From an uncultured bacterium (lineage in GTDB: Bacteria > Patescibacteriota > Microgenomatia > UBA1400 > UBA12108): a stretch of DNA of 64,000 nt. The position numbers and the translations under genes were made by a program. The stretch lies in assembly GCA_963981525.1 (NCBI GenBank), contig CAXCDZ010000001.1:11217-75216 (forward strand), given 5' to 3'. Below, one piece after another: positions 50,999 to 61,028 of the stretch (its first letter is position 1; every line of letters begins with the position of its first letter). The notes beneath the pieces are model-generated. The model was given only the letters and a program-made list of their open reading frames with translations, was not told where the DNA came from and did no database searches.

Positions 50999-52514
50999 AT
51001 AGGTATCCTACTACAAAGAGAGTAATAAGCGAGATGAATGAAGCAATGCTCTCTAGAAGAGTGTGTGACTGAGTAATAACTATCTCGTGAGAATCGTCAA
51101 GAAGATCAAACTCAATAAGCCCATCTTGACTTGGACGTAAGGCTAGTGGCATACCATTATCAGTAGCTACCCAAGTTGGGTAGTAGGTACGAGGGAGAAC
51201 AAAGGTGCCGGGACCTTCTTGGCTTGTTGGGAGAGATGGAGCTTGAGACTCGGGAAATGAGGACACCCAGACAGGCAAGAATTCTGGGACTTTGGCTGCT
51301 AACTCATTTTGCAAAAAAGTTGTGTTGGTAAATTCCTGATCACTGTATGGTTTTTGAGCTTGAGGTGAGAAATACTTGAGATTAAAAAACAGTAATAACG
51401 AGATTGTAAGGATGGTGTAGAGGGTGCGCAACTGAGTGGACTTGAATAGTGTGACTGAGAGACCCGCCAAGACCGAGACTGCAAGAGAGATGAGAGCCAA
51501 AAATCGCCAAGGAAACTGAATGACCTGCAATACAAAAATATTATCCCAAAGGATTCTCGAGAATGAGGTAGTCATGATGACAGAGAACAAGAGAGTCACA
51601 CCGGCAAATAGAGCGAGAGTTTGAGCTTTTTTGTGACGGAGACCCACAATGACACCGAGGCCGGCGAGTATTAGGTGAAGTTTGCCAATCTTAAAAGAAA
51701 TCCCATCCTCCAAACCAGGGGCAGATCCTCCAAACCCCCAGACAGAATCCCATAATTGAGAGGGAGAGACGAAGTGGAGTGAGTAGTTGGTGAGGCGAGA
51801 GAGAGCGTCGACCTGGACGAAGTCTCTTTCAAAAATCAGCGGTAAGAGATAAAAACTTGCCAGCAACAATGAGAGCATGGCTGTGATTACTACCCTCCTG
51901 AGATGCTTGCCTTGATATAGCAAAGTCCAGACCATGAGAAAAGGAGCAACGAGAAGTGGAATCAGGTTGTGAGAGAGAAGAAATAATGCCGTGATTACAC
52001 TAGTTACTCCGACTCGTCGAGGGTTGAGAGAGCGCCATGCCCAGAACAGCCATGGCAATAACATGATCGCAAAAAGCTCAGCATAAGAACCTCTGACAAA
52101 TAGTCCGATTGCACGATACGGCACTAACAAAAAACTAACAGCTGAAAGAAGACCAACCAGATGACCATACCTCTTCATCAAGTAGTACATGCCAATCCCT
52201 CCCGACAAACTGATGAGGATCAGGCTCAGTTTGAGAGCGGTGAGGAGAGTTGGGGTAAAAATGCCAATAAAAGCAACTAAGTAATAGAAGGCAGGAGCAT
52301 AAAAATGAAAGAGAGGATAACCATAACCAAGGTTGGCTGTGTTGGCCCAGACTGCAGGAATCTGACCATCCATCAGAGTCTCTCTGAGTAGATAGACTCT
52401 TCCCAAGTGAGTTGGATCATGCACATCGAAGAAGCCAAACTTGAGTAATGGAAGGCAGGTTAGAAGGAGAACTCCTAGGATAATTAACCAGATGAGAGTA
52501 GATTTTTTTGGCAT
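50982..52514 (-). CDS. GT-C membrane protein, YfhO/'PTPS_related'-like (paralog of 38087..39697)
   Basis: HDPTH, GQIPAVW, GYGYPLFHFY, VRGSYAE, QFPWRFL, YYPTW. Confidence 0.82.
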   Translation of the reverse strand: MPKKSTLIWLIILGVLLLTCLPLLKFGFFDVHDPTHLGRVYLLRETLMDGQIPAVWANTANLGYGYPLFHFYAPAFYYLVAFIGIFTPTLLTALKLSLILISLSGGIGMYYLMKRYGHLVGLLSAVSFLLVPYRAIGLFVRGSYAELFAIMLLPWLFWAWRSLNPRRVGVTSVITALFLLSHNLIPLLVAPFLMVWTLLYQGKHLRRVVITAMLSLLLASFYLLPLIFERDFVQVDALSRLTNYSLHFVSPSQLWDSVWGFGGSAPGLEDGISFKIGKLHLILAGLGVIVGLRHKKAQTLALFAGVTLLFSVIMTTSFSRILWDNIFVLQVIQFPWRFLALISLAVSVLAGLSVTLFKSTQLRTLYTILTISLLLFFNLKYFSPQAQKPYSDQEFTNTTFLQNELAAKVPEFLPVWVSSFPESQAPSLPTSQEGPGTFVLPRTYYPTWVATDNGMPLALRPSQDGLIEFDLLDDSHEIVITQSHTLLESIASFISLITLFVVGYLYVKSR

Positions 52515-52517
52515 ATC

Positions 52518-54005
52518 CTATGGGATGAGACGATACAACCTAATCCAGCTGTCATCGTGTTTTTTGTATGCGAGAATCTCTTCTAAGCCAGGAGGGGTTG
52601 AGTCAATCTGAGTATTGTTGAGAACAAAGTAAATAGTGTTTTCATCTGATTCTCTGGCACGAAGGTCTTGGGGGGGTATTTCGTTAAGAGGCCAATAACC
52701 AGTGATTGTGAGATTGTTGAGACCATATGTATAGAGCTCGAGACCGTGGGGAAGGAGACCAAAGGTTCCTTCGGTGCCAACAATAATCTGTTGTCCACCG
52801 GCACTACGAGCCTCATCTGTGAGGTACTGGCTAATCTCCTTGACCCCATTTCCAGAGGCCCAGCCATCTGTGTAATCAGCATCATCTGAGAGGAGTGGGG
52901 TCTCTAGCGGGGAGGTGATCGCGAGAATAATAAAAAACATTGGCATAATGCTCAAACCAAGACTGATGAGAAATGAGCGCTTGAGCTCAAGGCGCGAGAC
53001 AAAATAAGCTACGAATAATAAGAAATATGGGACGACAAATAGAATGTAGCGTGAGCGATATAAACTAGCGATTGCAATCTCTGCTGCAAGAGGAACAAGA
53101 AACCAGACAGAGAGATGGAGAGTTTGCTTGAGATTCTTTTTGCCCAGTTGATAGGCACCAAATAATCCAGTGAAGGCAACAGGCCAAGTAAGATAATGGA
53201 GAAGCCACCTGGTGGAGTTAACGATGTTTTTGCCGAGACGAATTGGATCTTGAAGTATTTCGGCGATTGGTACTGCGAAGTCATTGTTTTTTTGGATGAT
53301 AATGTGCATCCACGGAGAGAGACGCTGGATATTGTAGATCATTTGTGCGAGAACAAAGATCAGGAGATATTGACCAAGATATTGCAACAGGGAACTACGC
53401 TTCTGAAGTGAGGTGTGATTGGTGATCAATCCGGCTGGGAACAAATATAAGTAGATGACTGCGGGTGATTTGACTAGCATCGCTAGGCCAATCGTGATAC
53501 CGATAATCAGAGCTAGATCTAGGCGAGGTTTGTTGTGATAGATCAAACTCAAGCAAAAAATCAGAACACCAAAAAATGTCAGCATGCTCCCGACTACTGC
53601 AAAACGATTGTAAAAGAAAAGGAATGGAGTAATCGTCCCAAAAAAAGCAGCCCAGTATGCTGTACGCTTGCCCCCCGTAAGAAAGCCTGCATACCACATC
53701 GCAATAATCGTACCAAGACCAGATAGGACTGAAACTAGACGGATTGCGAATAAGGGGTTGTTAATAATCTTGAGAAACGGCATTGCGATCCACATAAATA
53801 ATGGCTGCTTACCGTCAGTCAGAGAGATGAATCTCCACGAAGCATCGTATAGTGAGATCTGAGACCAGCGACCGTAGATTGCCTCATCGACAAAGATCGG
53901 AAGGCCTGTGAGGTTGGGGAGGGTAATAACAAAGTAGAAGATGAATATAAGAGCAATGAGCAGGTAGTCGCTTCGAGTAAGAGTGGGGAACAATTGCATT
54001 GTCAT
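52518..54005 (-). CDS. GT-C (PMT_2-like) membrane glycosyltransferase
   Basis: PIFVDEAIY, DGKQPLF, RLVSV, YNRFA, VKS, RYIL. Confidence 0.85.
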   Translation of the reverse strand: MTMQLFPTLTRSDYLLIALIFIFYFVITLPNLTGLPIFVDEAIYGRWSQISLYDASWRFISLTDGKQPLFMWIAMPFLKIINNPLFAIRLVSVLSGLGTIIAMWYAGFLTGGKRTAYWAAFFGTITPFLFFYNRFAVVGSMLTFFGVLIFCLSLIYHNKPRLDLALIIGITIGLAMLVKSPAVIYLYLFPAGLITNHTSLQKRSSLLQYLGQYLLIFVLAQMIYNIQRLSPWMHIIIQKNNDFAVPIAEILQDPIRLGKNIVNSTRWLLHYLTWPVAFTGLFGAYQLGKKNLKQTLHLSVWFLVPLAAEIAIASLYRSRYILFVVPYFLLFVAYFVSRLELKRSFLISLGLSIMPMFFIILAITSPLETPLLSDDADYTDGWASGNGVKEISQYLTDEARSAGGQQIIVGTEGTFGLLPHGLELYTYGLNNLTITGYWPLNEIPPQDLRARESDENTIYFVLNNTQIDSTPPGLEEILAYKKHDDSWIRLYRLIP

Positions 54006-54011
54006 AGCTAG

Positions 54012-54017
54012 ATTATA
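54012..54017 (-). promoter_or_regulatory. Extended -10 (TGtTATAAT), 6 nt before ATG 54005
   Basis: TGtTATAAT-ctagct-ATG in an 18-nt gap. Confidence 0.7.
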
Positions 54018-54023
54018 ACAAGG

Positions 54024-55148
54024 TTAACTTCTTCTATGTTTGGCAAAGATTTTTGAGAAAAATAGATAGATTAGGGGTGCGGCAAAAGTGAGTAGGAAAT
54101 TGAACTCCCTGGTGTAAGTCCAGAATCCAGTTGAAACATAGGGGAAATAGTAATAGAGAGCAAGAATCGTCATAAGAGAGGAAAAGATAATGGTAATGCG
54201 TGAATTAGTGAGAAGTGAGGCTGTGAAGAACCAGATCAGATACCATGGCTGGAAACGATCAATCCAGATTAGGAGAGGAAGATATAGTAGCCAGGCTGAG
54301 AAAAATATAATCTGATCTTTGCTCAGGTACCTCTGGAGAAAATATGCAGGAACCATAACTATGGCCATCAGTTTGATCGAAATTCCATAGAAAAGCGAGA
54401 TAAATGATTGCTTGTACTTGTTCTTGAGAAACAAAAGGATTGCCAGGAGATAAAAAGCCATCATGATCCCATCATTGTGACTGTTAACGAGCGTCTCGAA
54501 CAAGATCAGAGGATTGAGTGCGTAGGTGAGCTGAAGGAGGGGAATGTTTTTGACTGATTTTAGCTTGTGTGCGATCTCCCCTATCAGCTTGATACTCCAG
54601 AGATAGAAGCCATATGGAATCAGCTTGGCGATAAGGAGAGAGAGCGTGAACTTGCCAAGACCAAGAAGGTAAACTGGAGAATAGAGAAGGGTATGACCAT
54701 ATCCGTAAGCTGCGGGAGTGTGGACCCAGCGCATAAATCGAAGCCATGGATCTCCCTCAAAATGGAGAGGCGGGTATATATGAGGGTTGGCATGATAGTG
54801 CCAAATGATCTTGGAATGGAACATGTAGTTATAGACGTCATAAGAGAACATGGGATAGCAAAGAGTTAAGATGAGCGAAAGAATAATAATCTTAGGCCAA
54901 GGGAACTTGGTGAGTTTTTTGCCAGACTTAAGAGTCCACAAATAGAGGAGGGCAAAACCGAGGGTAAATAATAAATAGATATTGCCAGATAGAGGACGAT
55001 CAAAATAAACCAAGTGCTGCAACTTGGAGATGAGTGAGAGAATGCTGGGGTTACTGGTTAGAGTGAGATTGAGATCAACAAAACCATATGAATATGCAAA
55101 AAAACCTAGTGTTAACAAGAGATAACTAACAAGAATTACAAAGCTCAT
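54024..55148 (-). CDS. MptA/MptB-like polyprenol-P-mannose-dependent mannosyltransferase (GT-C)
   Basis: FSYDVYNY, ANPH, PAAYG, NPLILFE, SHNDGIM, IK, FQPWY. Confidence 0.8.
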   Translation of the reverse strand: MSFVILVSYLLLTLGFFAYSYGFVDLNLTLTSNPSILSLISKLQHLVYFDRPLSGNIYLLFTLGFALLYLWTLKSGKKLTKFPWPKIIILSLILTLCYPMFSYDVYNYMFHSKIIWHYHANPHIYPPLHFEGDPWLRFMRWVHTPAAYGYGHTLLYSPVYLLGLGKFTLSLLIAKLIPYGFYLWSIKLIGEIAHKLKSVKNIPLLQLTYALNPLILFETLVNSHNDGIMMAFYLLAILLFLKNKYKQSFISLFYGISIKLMAIVMVPAYFLQRYLSKDQIIFFSAWLLYLPLLIWIDRFQPWYLIWFFTASLLTNSRITIIFSSLMTILALYYYFPYVSTGFWTYTREFNFLLTFAAPLIYLFFSKIFAKHRRS

Positions 55149-55909
55149 AAATCGTATTTATGGAGAGTGTCGTTAACCCTGACGCGCATAATCTCAAAAA
55201 GCATCTCCAGAGATTCTTTGACAAAATTGCGAGACTTGCCGAGAGTGGTATCCTCGTTTTTCCAGATTACCCGCACTTCTTTGATACTTGCTCCGAGTTT
55301 TTTGGCGATGTGCAACAACTCAACGTCGTAGGCGGTGACTTTCCAGCCAGAAGCATTGTTAGCTCTCCCAAAAAGACGCATGTGTGAGAATATATCTCTT
55401 GCAAGACTAGTCTTGATTAACTTGAAGCCACACTGGGTATCTTTGATCTCGGGTAGCAATATCAAGCGACGAACAAGAAGGAAGACTATTGAGGCAAGCT
55501 GGCGAATAGGAGTGGTGTCAGTACGCTTGACTCCCCGAGAACCTATGACAACATCGTACCCTTCTGTAGTATGTGGAAGTAACTTGCTGAGCTCTTTGAT
55601 AGGAGTCGACTGGTCCATGTCAGTGAGGAGTACGTGCTCCCCCTTGGCCTTATTGATACCAGATCTCAGGGCATATGGCTTGCCTGCATGTTGGTTGTAC
55701 AGCAACTTGATCTCAGGGTTATTGGCAATGAAATCTTTGATTGCAAGAAGACTAGAGTCAGTTGAGCCGTCGTCAGAGATGATGACTTCGAATGTAAATT
55801 TTTGTTTTTTGAGATAATCCAAGATGTCTTGGAGTACTCCACGCTTGATGTTCTCTATTTCGTTGTAGTTGGGGATGAGGATGGTAACCTTTGGGGATTT
55901 GGTTTTCAT
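55145..55909 (-). CDS. Dolichyl/polyprenol-phosphate beta-glucosyltransferase (Alg5-like GT2)
   Basis: DDGSTD, GKPYALRSG, TDMDQSTP, VIGSR, DTQCGFK, YDVELL, EVRVIW. Confidence 0.88.
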   Translation of the reverse strand: MKTKSPKVTILIPNYNEIENIKRGVLQDILDYLKKQKFTFEVIISDDGSTDSSLLAIKDFIANNPEIKLLYNQHAGKPYALRSGINKAKGEHVLLTDMDQSTPIKELSKLLPHTTEGYDVVIGSRGVKRTDTTPIRQLASIVFLLVRRLILLPEIKDTQCGFKLIKTSLARDIFSHMRLFGRANNASGWKVTAYDVELLHIAKKLGASIKEVRVIWKNEDTTLGKSRNFVKESLEMLFEIMRVRVNDTLHKYDL

Positions 55910-55910
55910 A

Positions 55911-57419
55911 TTATTCTTTCTCGATATTTATTGTTCCCACATATGTATCATAGGAGATTCTTTCGTTTTGTACCATAACCCTTTTTTGACTAAACTCATT
56001 TATCTGAGGGTGTCCCAGATATTCAGCAATTGAGGGATGGGTGGGACCAGTCAGGAAAAGTAGGGTGGTAGTCTCCTCGTCGCTCGAGCAGGGACCCCTC
56101 TCACAGATGACATATACAAGATCCTGGAGATCATTTTTGGGAGGGTTATCAGAGAGGGAGAGGTAGTACTGGATTGTTGTTATTGATGAACCTTGAGCAT
56201 TGACTGTGTTGTAGGGACGATTGTTGGCTTGAGAAAGTATATAGTCTGAGATCTCAACTGCCCTCTCTACCTGGATAGATGATTTACTGCGCAGATTGTA
56301 GATCAGAGTAGGATAGCTCCAGATAAGTAATCCCGCGAGGAAGATGACGCTAATCGCTCTAACCACTGGTCTGGCTCTAGTAGCAAGCGCTCCAAACATA
56401 AGTGCAATAGTGGGAAAAAGATGTGAGACATAGTGTACGTTTATGTTTTCTCGAAGAAAAGAAATAGTGATTATTGTGCCTATCAAGAAAAACCAAAGCT
56501 GCTTGAGATCTTTGGAATGCTTGTTTCGTCGCTTGAACAAGGCAGGAAAGAGGAGAAGGAGAAAGCTCGCTGAGTTTACTAAGCTAGATGGGACTTCTTT
56601 GAGCGCGATTGATTGGCTTCCAACAATACCTTTGGATACCATCACAATATTATTCTTGACCCTTTCAAGATAACCTGGCCCCACACTGTTTTCTGCTTTT
56701 TTGGAGACTAGATACTTAAAGAAAGCTTGAGTATTCACAAAATCATGTCGAAGCTCAAAAGCCCAGAATGGAGCTGTGACAATAACAAACCCAGATACGA
56801 TAAGTAAAATGCGTTTGATTAATTCTTTTTTTGGAATTATTTTTATATCTTGCTTGAGTAGAGCGAGAGCAGTCAAGACTACCATGATGAGAGCGACATA
56901 ATGGAGCTGAAAGAGAGCGCCGGCATAGAGTCCCAAAATAAACCACTTCCACCGCCCAACATAATCAAAAACAAAGAGAAGAAGGACTGAGAAAAAAGGC
57001 ACTAAATTGGGATTCCAGGAAGATCTAGAGTAATGGAGCATGACTGGGGACAACGCGTACATAAACCCTGCAACTAAGCCACCCCAAAACCCGAATTTCT
57101 TTTTTCCCCAAGAAAAAATAAGAAAGGTGGTTGCAACTCCGAACAGACCTACCATAATTGCTGGACCAGCTGGATGCATCTGAGAGATGAGAAGAGCAGG
57201 TGTAATAAGGTAGTAATAGAGAGGGCCCAAGTACATATTGCCCACAGAAGTCTCTGGACCCAGGAGGATTGGGGTCTTGTTGTCTATCATGCGTTTGGCG
57301 ATCAAGACATCCCTGGCCTCATCACCCTGAAAGATAAATGTCTGGTCTATCCTGTATAGATGTGTAAAAGAAGAAACTAGGAGAAGAATGATCGTCAGAA
57401 TGGTAAAAAGTTTTTTCAT
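55911..57419 (-). CDS. GT-C membrane glycosyltransferase (paralog of 43079..44437)
   Basis: QGDEARD, LLGP, LGPLYYYL, SRSSWNPN, QLHY, ELRHDFVNT. Confidence 0.85.
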   Translation of the reverse strand: MKKLFTILTIILLLVSSFTHLYRIDQTFIFQGDEARDVLIAKRMIDNKTPILLGPETSVGNMYLGPLYYYLITPALLISQMHPAGPAIMVGLFGVATTFLIFSWGKKKFGFWGGLVAGFMYALSPVMLHYSRSSWNPNLVPFFSVLLLFVFDYVGRWKWFILGLYAGALFQLHYVALIMVVLTALALLKQDIKIIPKKELIKRILLIVSGFVIVTAPFWAFELRHDFVNTQAFFKYLVSKKAENSVGPGYLERVKNNIVMVSKGIVGSQSIALKEVPSSLVNSASFLLLLFPALFKRRNKHSKDLKQLWFFLIGTIITISFLRENINVHYVSHLFPTIALMFGALATRARPVVRAISVIFLAGLLIWSYPTLIYNLRSKSSIQVERAVEISDYILSQANNRPYNTVNAQGSSITTIQYYLSLSDNPPKNDLQDLVYVICERGPCSSDEETTTLLFLTGPTHPSIAEYLGHPQINEFSQKRVMVQNERISYDTYVGTINIEKE

Positions 57420-58123
57420 GAGTTGAGTCTTTTCCAGAGAACAAAACTCTCCCTAAGGGCACGAAGAATTACTCTGGGATTACTGCCAGTCTGGATGCCC
57501 ATCTTACGCTCATAATGGTTGATTGGTGTCTGATGGATGGTGGCCCCATTTCTAATAAGTTTCGTCATGAGCTCAGTGATGGTGATAGCGCTGCTGGTCT
57601 CAAGAGTGATGTTGTCTAGCAGGTTCTTGGGGATTAGTTTGTATGCACAGTCCACATCCTTGAGGCGGAGACCAAACAGAAGCAGGTTCCAGTATTTGAG
57701 TAAAACTTGAGCAAGGATAAGGCGCAATAAAGGATCTCTTCTCTTGTGGCGATAGCCAATAACTACGTCTGCTTGATCGCGCAGTGAGATGAAGTGGGGG
57801 AGTTCGTCAAACTGAAATTGTCCGTCAGAGTCAGTAAAAAAGACCCAGTCATACTGAGCTTCTTTGAGGCCGGTCTTAATAGAAGCTCCGTAGCCAAGAT
57901 TCTTGGGATGGGAAACCAATTTCACGAATGAGTGCTTCTTGGCATACTCTGCAACCAGTAGAGAGGTGTCGTCGCTGGAGCCATCATCAACTACAATGAT
58001 CTCGTATTTGTCTGATACTTTTTGGATATATTTGGCGGCGTCGGCGAGAGTTTTTTTGATATTCCCGGCCTCGTTGTAGGCAGGAAAGAAGACTGTGAGT
58101 TCTTTTAGCTTATCTCTAATCAT
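57416..58123 (-). CDS. Polyprenol-phosphate-sugar synthase (DPM-like GT2)
   Basis: PAYNEA, VDDGSSD, NLGYGA, TDSDGQF, DVDCAYK, HYER. Confidence 0.88.
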   Translation of the reverse strand: MIRDKLKELTVFFPAYNEAGNIKKTLADAAKYIQKVSDKYEIIVVDDGSSDDTSLLVAEYAKKHSFVKLVSHPKNLGYGASIKTGLKEAQYDWVFFTDSDGQFQFDELPHFISLRDQADVVIGYRHKRRDPLLRLILAQVLLKYWNLLLFGLRLKDVDCAYKLIPKNLLDNITLETSSAITITELMTKLIRNGATIHQTPINHYERKMGIQTGSNPRVILRALRESFVLWKRLNS

Positions 58124-58129
58124 CTAACA

Positions 58130-58135
58130 ATTGTA
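58130..58135 (-). promoter_or_regulatory. Extended -10 (TGtTACAAT), 6 nt before ATG 58123
   Basis: TGtTACAAT-tgttag-ATG. Confidence 0.65.
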
Positions 58136-58156
58136 ACATTACTTGATTGGAATGGG

Positions 58157-59827
58157 TTATTGTTTTCTCATGTAGAGACTGATTGTTGTGGAGTCATAGA
58201 TGAGCTCAAACTGCACCGGAGAAGAGAGTGCGCGAACTGCATCTTCTGTGCCCCATTCTGTTTTGTAGATGTAGTAATAATCGGCGGGCACTGAAGTTAT
58301 ACTACCACCTTTGTACTTGTTGACTACATCTAGGCGAGGTTGATAACTAGAGTTGAGAACCATCAGTTGATCTGTGTCTAGATAATAAGTGTATTTCTCG
58401 GCAAGGGCAGGAATAACTGCGTTTCTGTGAACAGGGTTATTAACATAAACTATTCCCGGAGGAGCTTCCTTGAGCACACTGAGAGCTTCTAGCTCTTCGT
58501 TACCAATAATTTCTTGATCTGCCGTAAGAAAGCGGAGTTGCTCGAGATTGTTGGGAATCGTAAAGATAATAATCAAAAAAATGATTAACCAACTGCCTCG
58601 CCATTTTGAGTGAGCTAGATCAGACAACCACTCTACCAAAAGTATCCCTGAAAGCCAGGCTCCGTAATAAAGAAACTGCATGGTGTTGTACCAGCCGCCA
58701 TTTTGCACAAACAAGATCGGTGCCAGAACGGTCAATAAAATTGTAAATGAGATTGCTTGATAAAATGGAGACAATTTCTTCTTGAAGATTGAGGAGGCCA
58801 CATATATCCCCGCCAGAATGCGAGTCCCAAAATTGATAAGGAGAAATAGTCCGAGAGAGTATGCTTCGATTGCCCATAATCTGGGGGAGAAGCTAGTCGC
58901 ATTCTCATAGAGATGGTACCTGGCGAGCGTCAAGCTATGGTTGTAAAAGAGGAGGGAGTCGTCTATCAATAAGTGAGTCAGTGCAAGTGGTGCCCAACTA
59001 AATGGAATGCTAGAACCTGAGGAAACTCCATAAAAAACGAGCAGACCTAGAAAACTACCAGTGATTATCAATAATGCTTGAGTAAGAAAATCTCTCAATG
59101 CAAGCCTTTTCCCAACAAACTCTAGCAATTTGAAAATAGAAGTAAATAGGAGAGCTACAACTCCGCCATAGAACTTGAGACCAAAAAGAACGAAAAACAG
59201 AATTCCGAGGATGATGGATTGTCTTTTTTGATCCTTGCGGTTAATAAGCATGATGATCCAAAGGATGACTGAGAGCGAGAAGGCAAACTGAAGATTGAGA
59301 AACATAGTGGCAGGCTGAATGGAGGTTACAACTGGGAAGCCACGCAGAGACGAGTAGAAAAAAGTGCGATCCTGATAGAGGGTTGCGAGATAACTAAAGG
59401 AACTACCAAAATATAAGAAAAAGGCAAGAAGATTGGCTTTGAGAAGGTTGGATGTTCTAGTTTTAATAAAACGAAGAACGCTCCATATATATAAGAGTGC
59501 AGCAATAATTGGAAGAAGTTGGAAAAAGCTAAAGAAAGGTGAGATTCCTAGCCTGCTCAAAAGATGAAGGATATAATCCAAGAGAAAGTTGTAACTGGAG
59601 AGTGATTCGCCCGCCATAAGAGGATTCTGGAGCGGCCAACTCCCAAAACCAAGTTTTGCGAGACTGATATGCCAGAGAGAGTCATGCAGATGCCACTGAC
59701 CAATCTGAAGATTGCAGATCCCCGTTGTGCAATGCATAAAACCATTTGGAAGAATAAATGATAGAGAGAGAAACGCAAAGAAAAACGACTGAATAACTAA
59801 CCACTTATTGAGTCTAAGTTTCTTCAT
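58157..59827 (-). CDS. Polytopic GT-C-like membrane protein (paralog of 61025..62680)
   Basis: HDSLWH, NPLMAG, YNFLLD, GLKFY, NFGTR, GWYNTMQFLY; start moved to ATG 59827. Confidence 0.72.
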   Translation of the reverse strand: MKKLRLNKWLVIQSFFFAFLSLSFILPNGFMHCTTGICNLQIGQWHLHDSLWHISLAKLGFGSWPLQNPLMAGESLSSYNFLLDYILHLLSRLGISPFFSFFQLLPIIAALLYIWSVLRFIKTRTSNLLKANLLAFFLYFGSSFSYLATLYQDRTFFYSSLRGFPVVTSIQPATMFLNLQFAFSLSVILWIIMLINRKDQKRQSIILGILFFVLFGLKFYGGVVALLFTSIFKLLEFVGKRLALRDFLTQALLIITGSFLGLLVFYGVSSGSSIPFSWAPLALTHLLIDDSLLFYNHSLTLARYHLYENATSFSPRLWAIEAYSLGLFLLINFGTRILAGIYVASSIFKKKLSPFYQAISFTILLTVLAPILFVQNGGWYNTMQFLYYGAWLSGILLVEWLSDLAHSKWRGSWLIIFLIIIFTIPNNLEQLRFLTADQEIIGNEELEALSVLKEAPPGIVYVNNPVHRNAVIPALAEKYTYYLDTDQLMVLNSSYQPRLDVVNKYKGGSITSVPADYYYIYKTEWGTEDAVRALSSPVQFELIYDSTTISLYMRKQ

Positions 59828-59836
59828 AACGATATT

Positions 59837-59870
59837 AGTATAGCAGTCGATCGAGCATATGCAGTATGAT
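59837..59870. promoter_or_regulatory. Back-to-back -10 boxes of a 49-nt divergent promoter region
   Basis: Minus strand: TGcTATACT (59837-59842), 9 nt before ATG 59827. Plus strand: TATGAT (59865-59870), 6 nt before ATG 59877. Confidence 0.55.
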
Positions 59871-59876
59871 ATGGGT

Positions 59877-61028
59877 ATGAGGAAAAATATTCTTGTAGCA
59901 ATTGCAATTGCTATCGTATCTCTAGTAGTGTTCTGGTCACCATTTCTTCTCAAGGCTGACAAACTCTGGGGAATTGAGTTAAAAGACCACTCGATGCAGA
60001 CGATTGTCGCTAATTTTGATGGAATCAACTTCTTGATAGTGGCAAAATCTCTCTACAATCAAGGAATCATTGAGACTGATTATCCGAGTATTTTGTCAGG
60101 GAGAGTGAACCTCTATTTCTCTGCCCATTACCCAGGATTCCCACTCATGATTAGAGCTTTTGATATCTTTCTCTCTGGACCAAATGCCCTTCTGGCTGCA
60201 ATCGCACTGAGCAATATCCTCCTTTCTGTTGCGCTCTATTACCTATATCAAAAGATTACCCCGAAAGGTAAGGGAGCGTTGTATCTGACAGCTTTGGCGT
60301 TATTTATCCCAGCTAGGATGCTCTCGATGCGGACAGTGGGTTCCAACGAAAGCCTATTCATCTTCTTTGTTCTAACTTCACTCTTGTTGTCATCTAACAA
60401 AAAATATTGGTTGTCGGGAATCGCTGGAGCTGGAGCCGTACTAACCAGAAGCCCAGGGATCTTACTTATGTTTGCTTATGCTGTTCCCCTATTAGCTAAT
60501 CTTAAGAAAAAAAATAAAATTGATTGGAAAAGCTACCTCCCATATTTATTGATCCCTCTTGCCCTAGTATCTCTATGGATTTTCTACGGACTCAGGTTCG
60601 GAGATTTCTTGGCTTACTTTAAAGTTGGTGGAAATATCAACCTCTATTTCCCCCCATTTATGACATTTGGCTCTAACTTTGACTGGATCTCTGGGATGTG
60701 GCTAGAGGATATTATCTATACATACCTATTTTACGGCGTGGGAATACTGCTTTTTTTTCAGCACCAGATAAAGAAGAATAAAAGCCTAGCAGTACTTGGA
60801 TATTTTGCGCTTATATACTACACGATGACCTTGTTTATAGTGCATCGCGATATTGCGCGCTACTCTCTACCAATTGCTCCTATTGTAATTGCGGGGTATG
60901 CTCCATTTATTCAGTCCAAGTATCTTAAGTACGCCTTAGTTGCTCTGATCGTCCCAATCTATCTTTATGCCTGGAACTTCATACTCAATAATGTGCAACC
61001 GGTTATGGACTGGTCAGCTTTCTTATGA
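59877..61028 (+). CDS. PIG-V-like GT-C mannosyltransferase
   Basis: ANFDG, HYPGFPLMIR, NESLF, LTRSPGILL, FGDFLAYF, IARY. Confidence 0.78.
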   Translation: MRKNILVAIAIAIVSLVVFWSPFLLKADKLWGIELKDHSMQTIVANFDGINFLIVAKSLYNQGIIETDYPSILSGRVNLYFSAHYPGFPLMIRAFDIFLSGPNALLAAIALSNILLSVALYYLYQKITPKGKGALYLTALALFIPARMLSMRTVGSNESLFIFFVLTSLLLSSNKKYWLSGIAGAGAVLTRSPGILLMFAYAVPLLANLKKKNKIDWKSYLPYLLIPLALVSLWIFYGLRFGDFLAYFKVGGNINLYFPPFMTFGSNFDWISGMWLEDIIYTYLFYGVGILLFFQHQIKKNKSLAVLGYFALIYYTMTLFIVHRDIARYSLPIAPIVIAGYAPFIQSKYLKYALVALIVPIYLYAWNFILNNVQPVMDWSAFL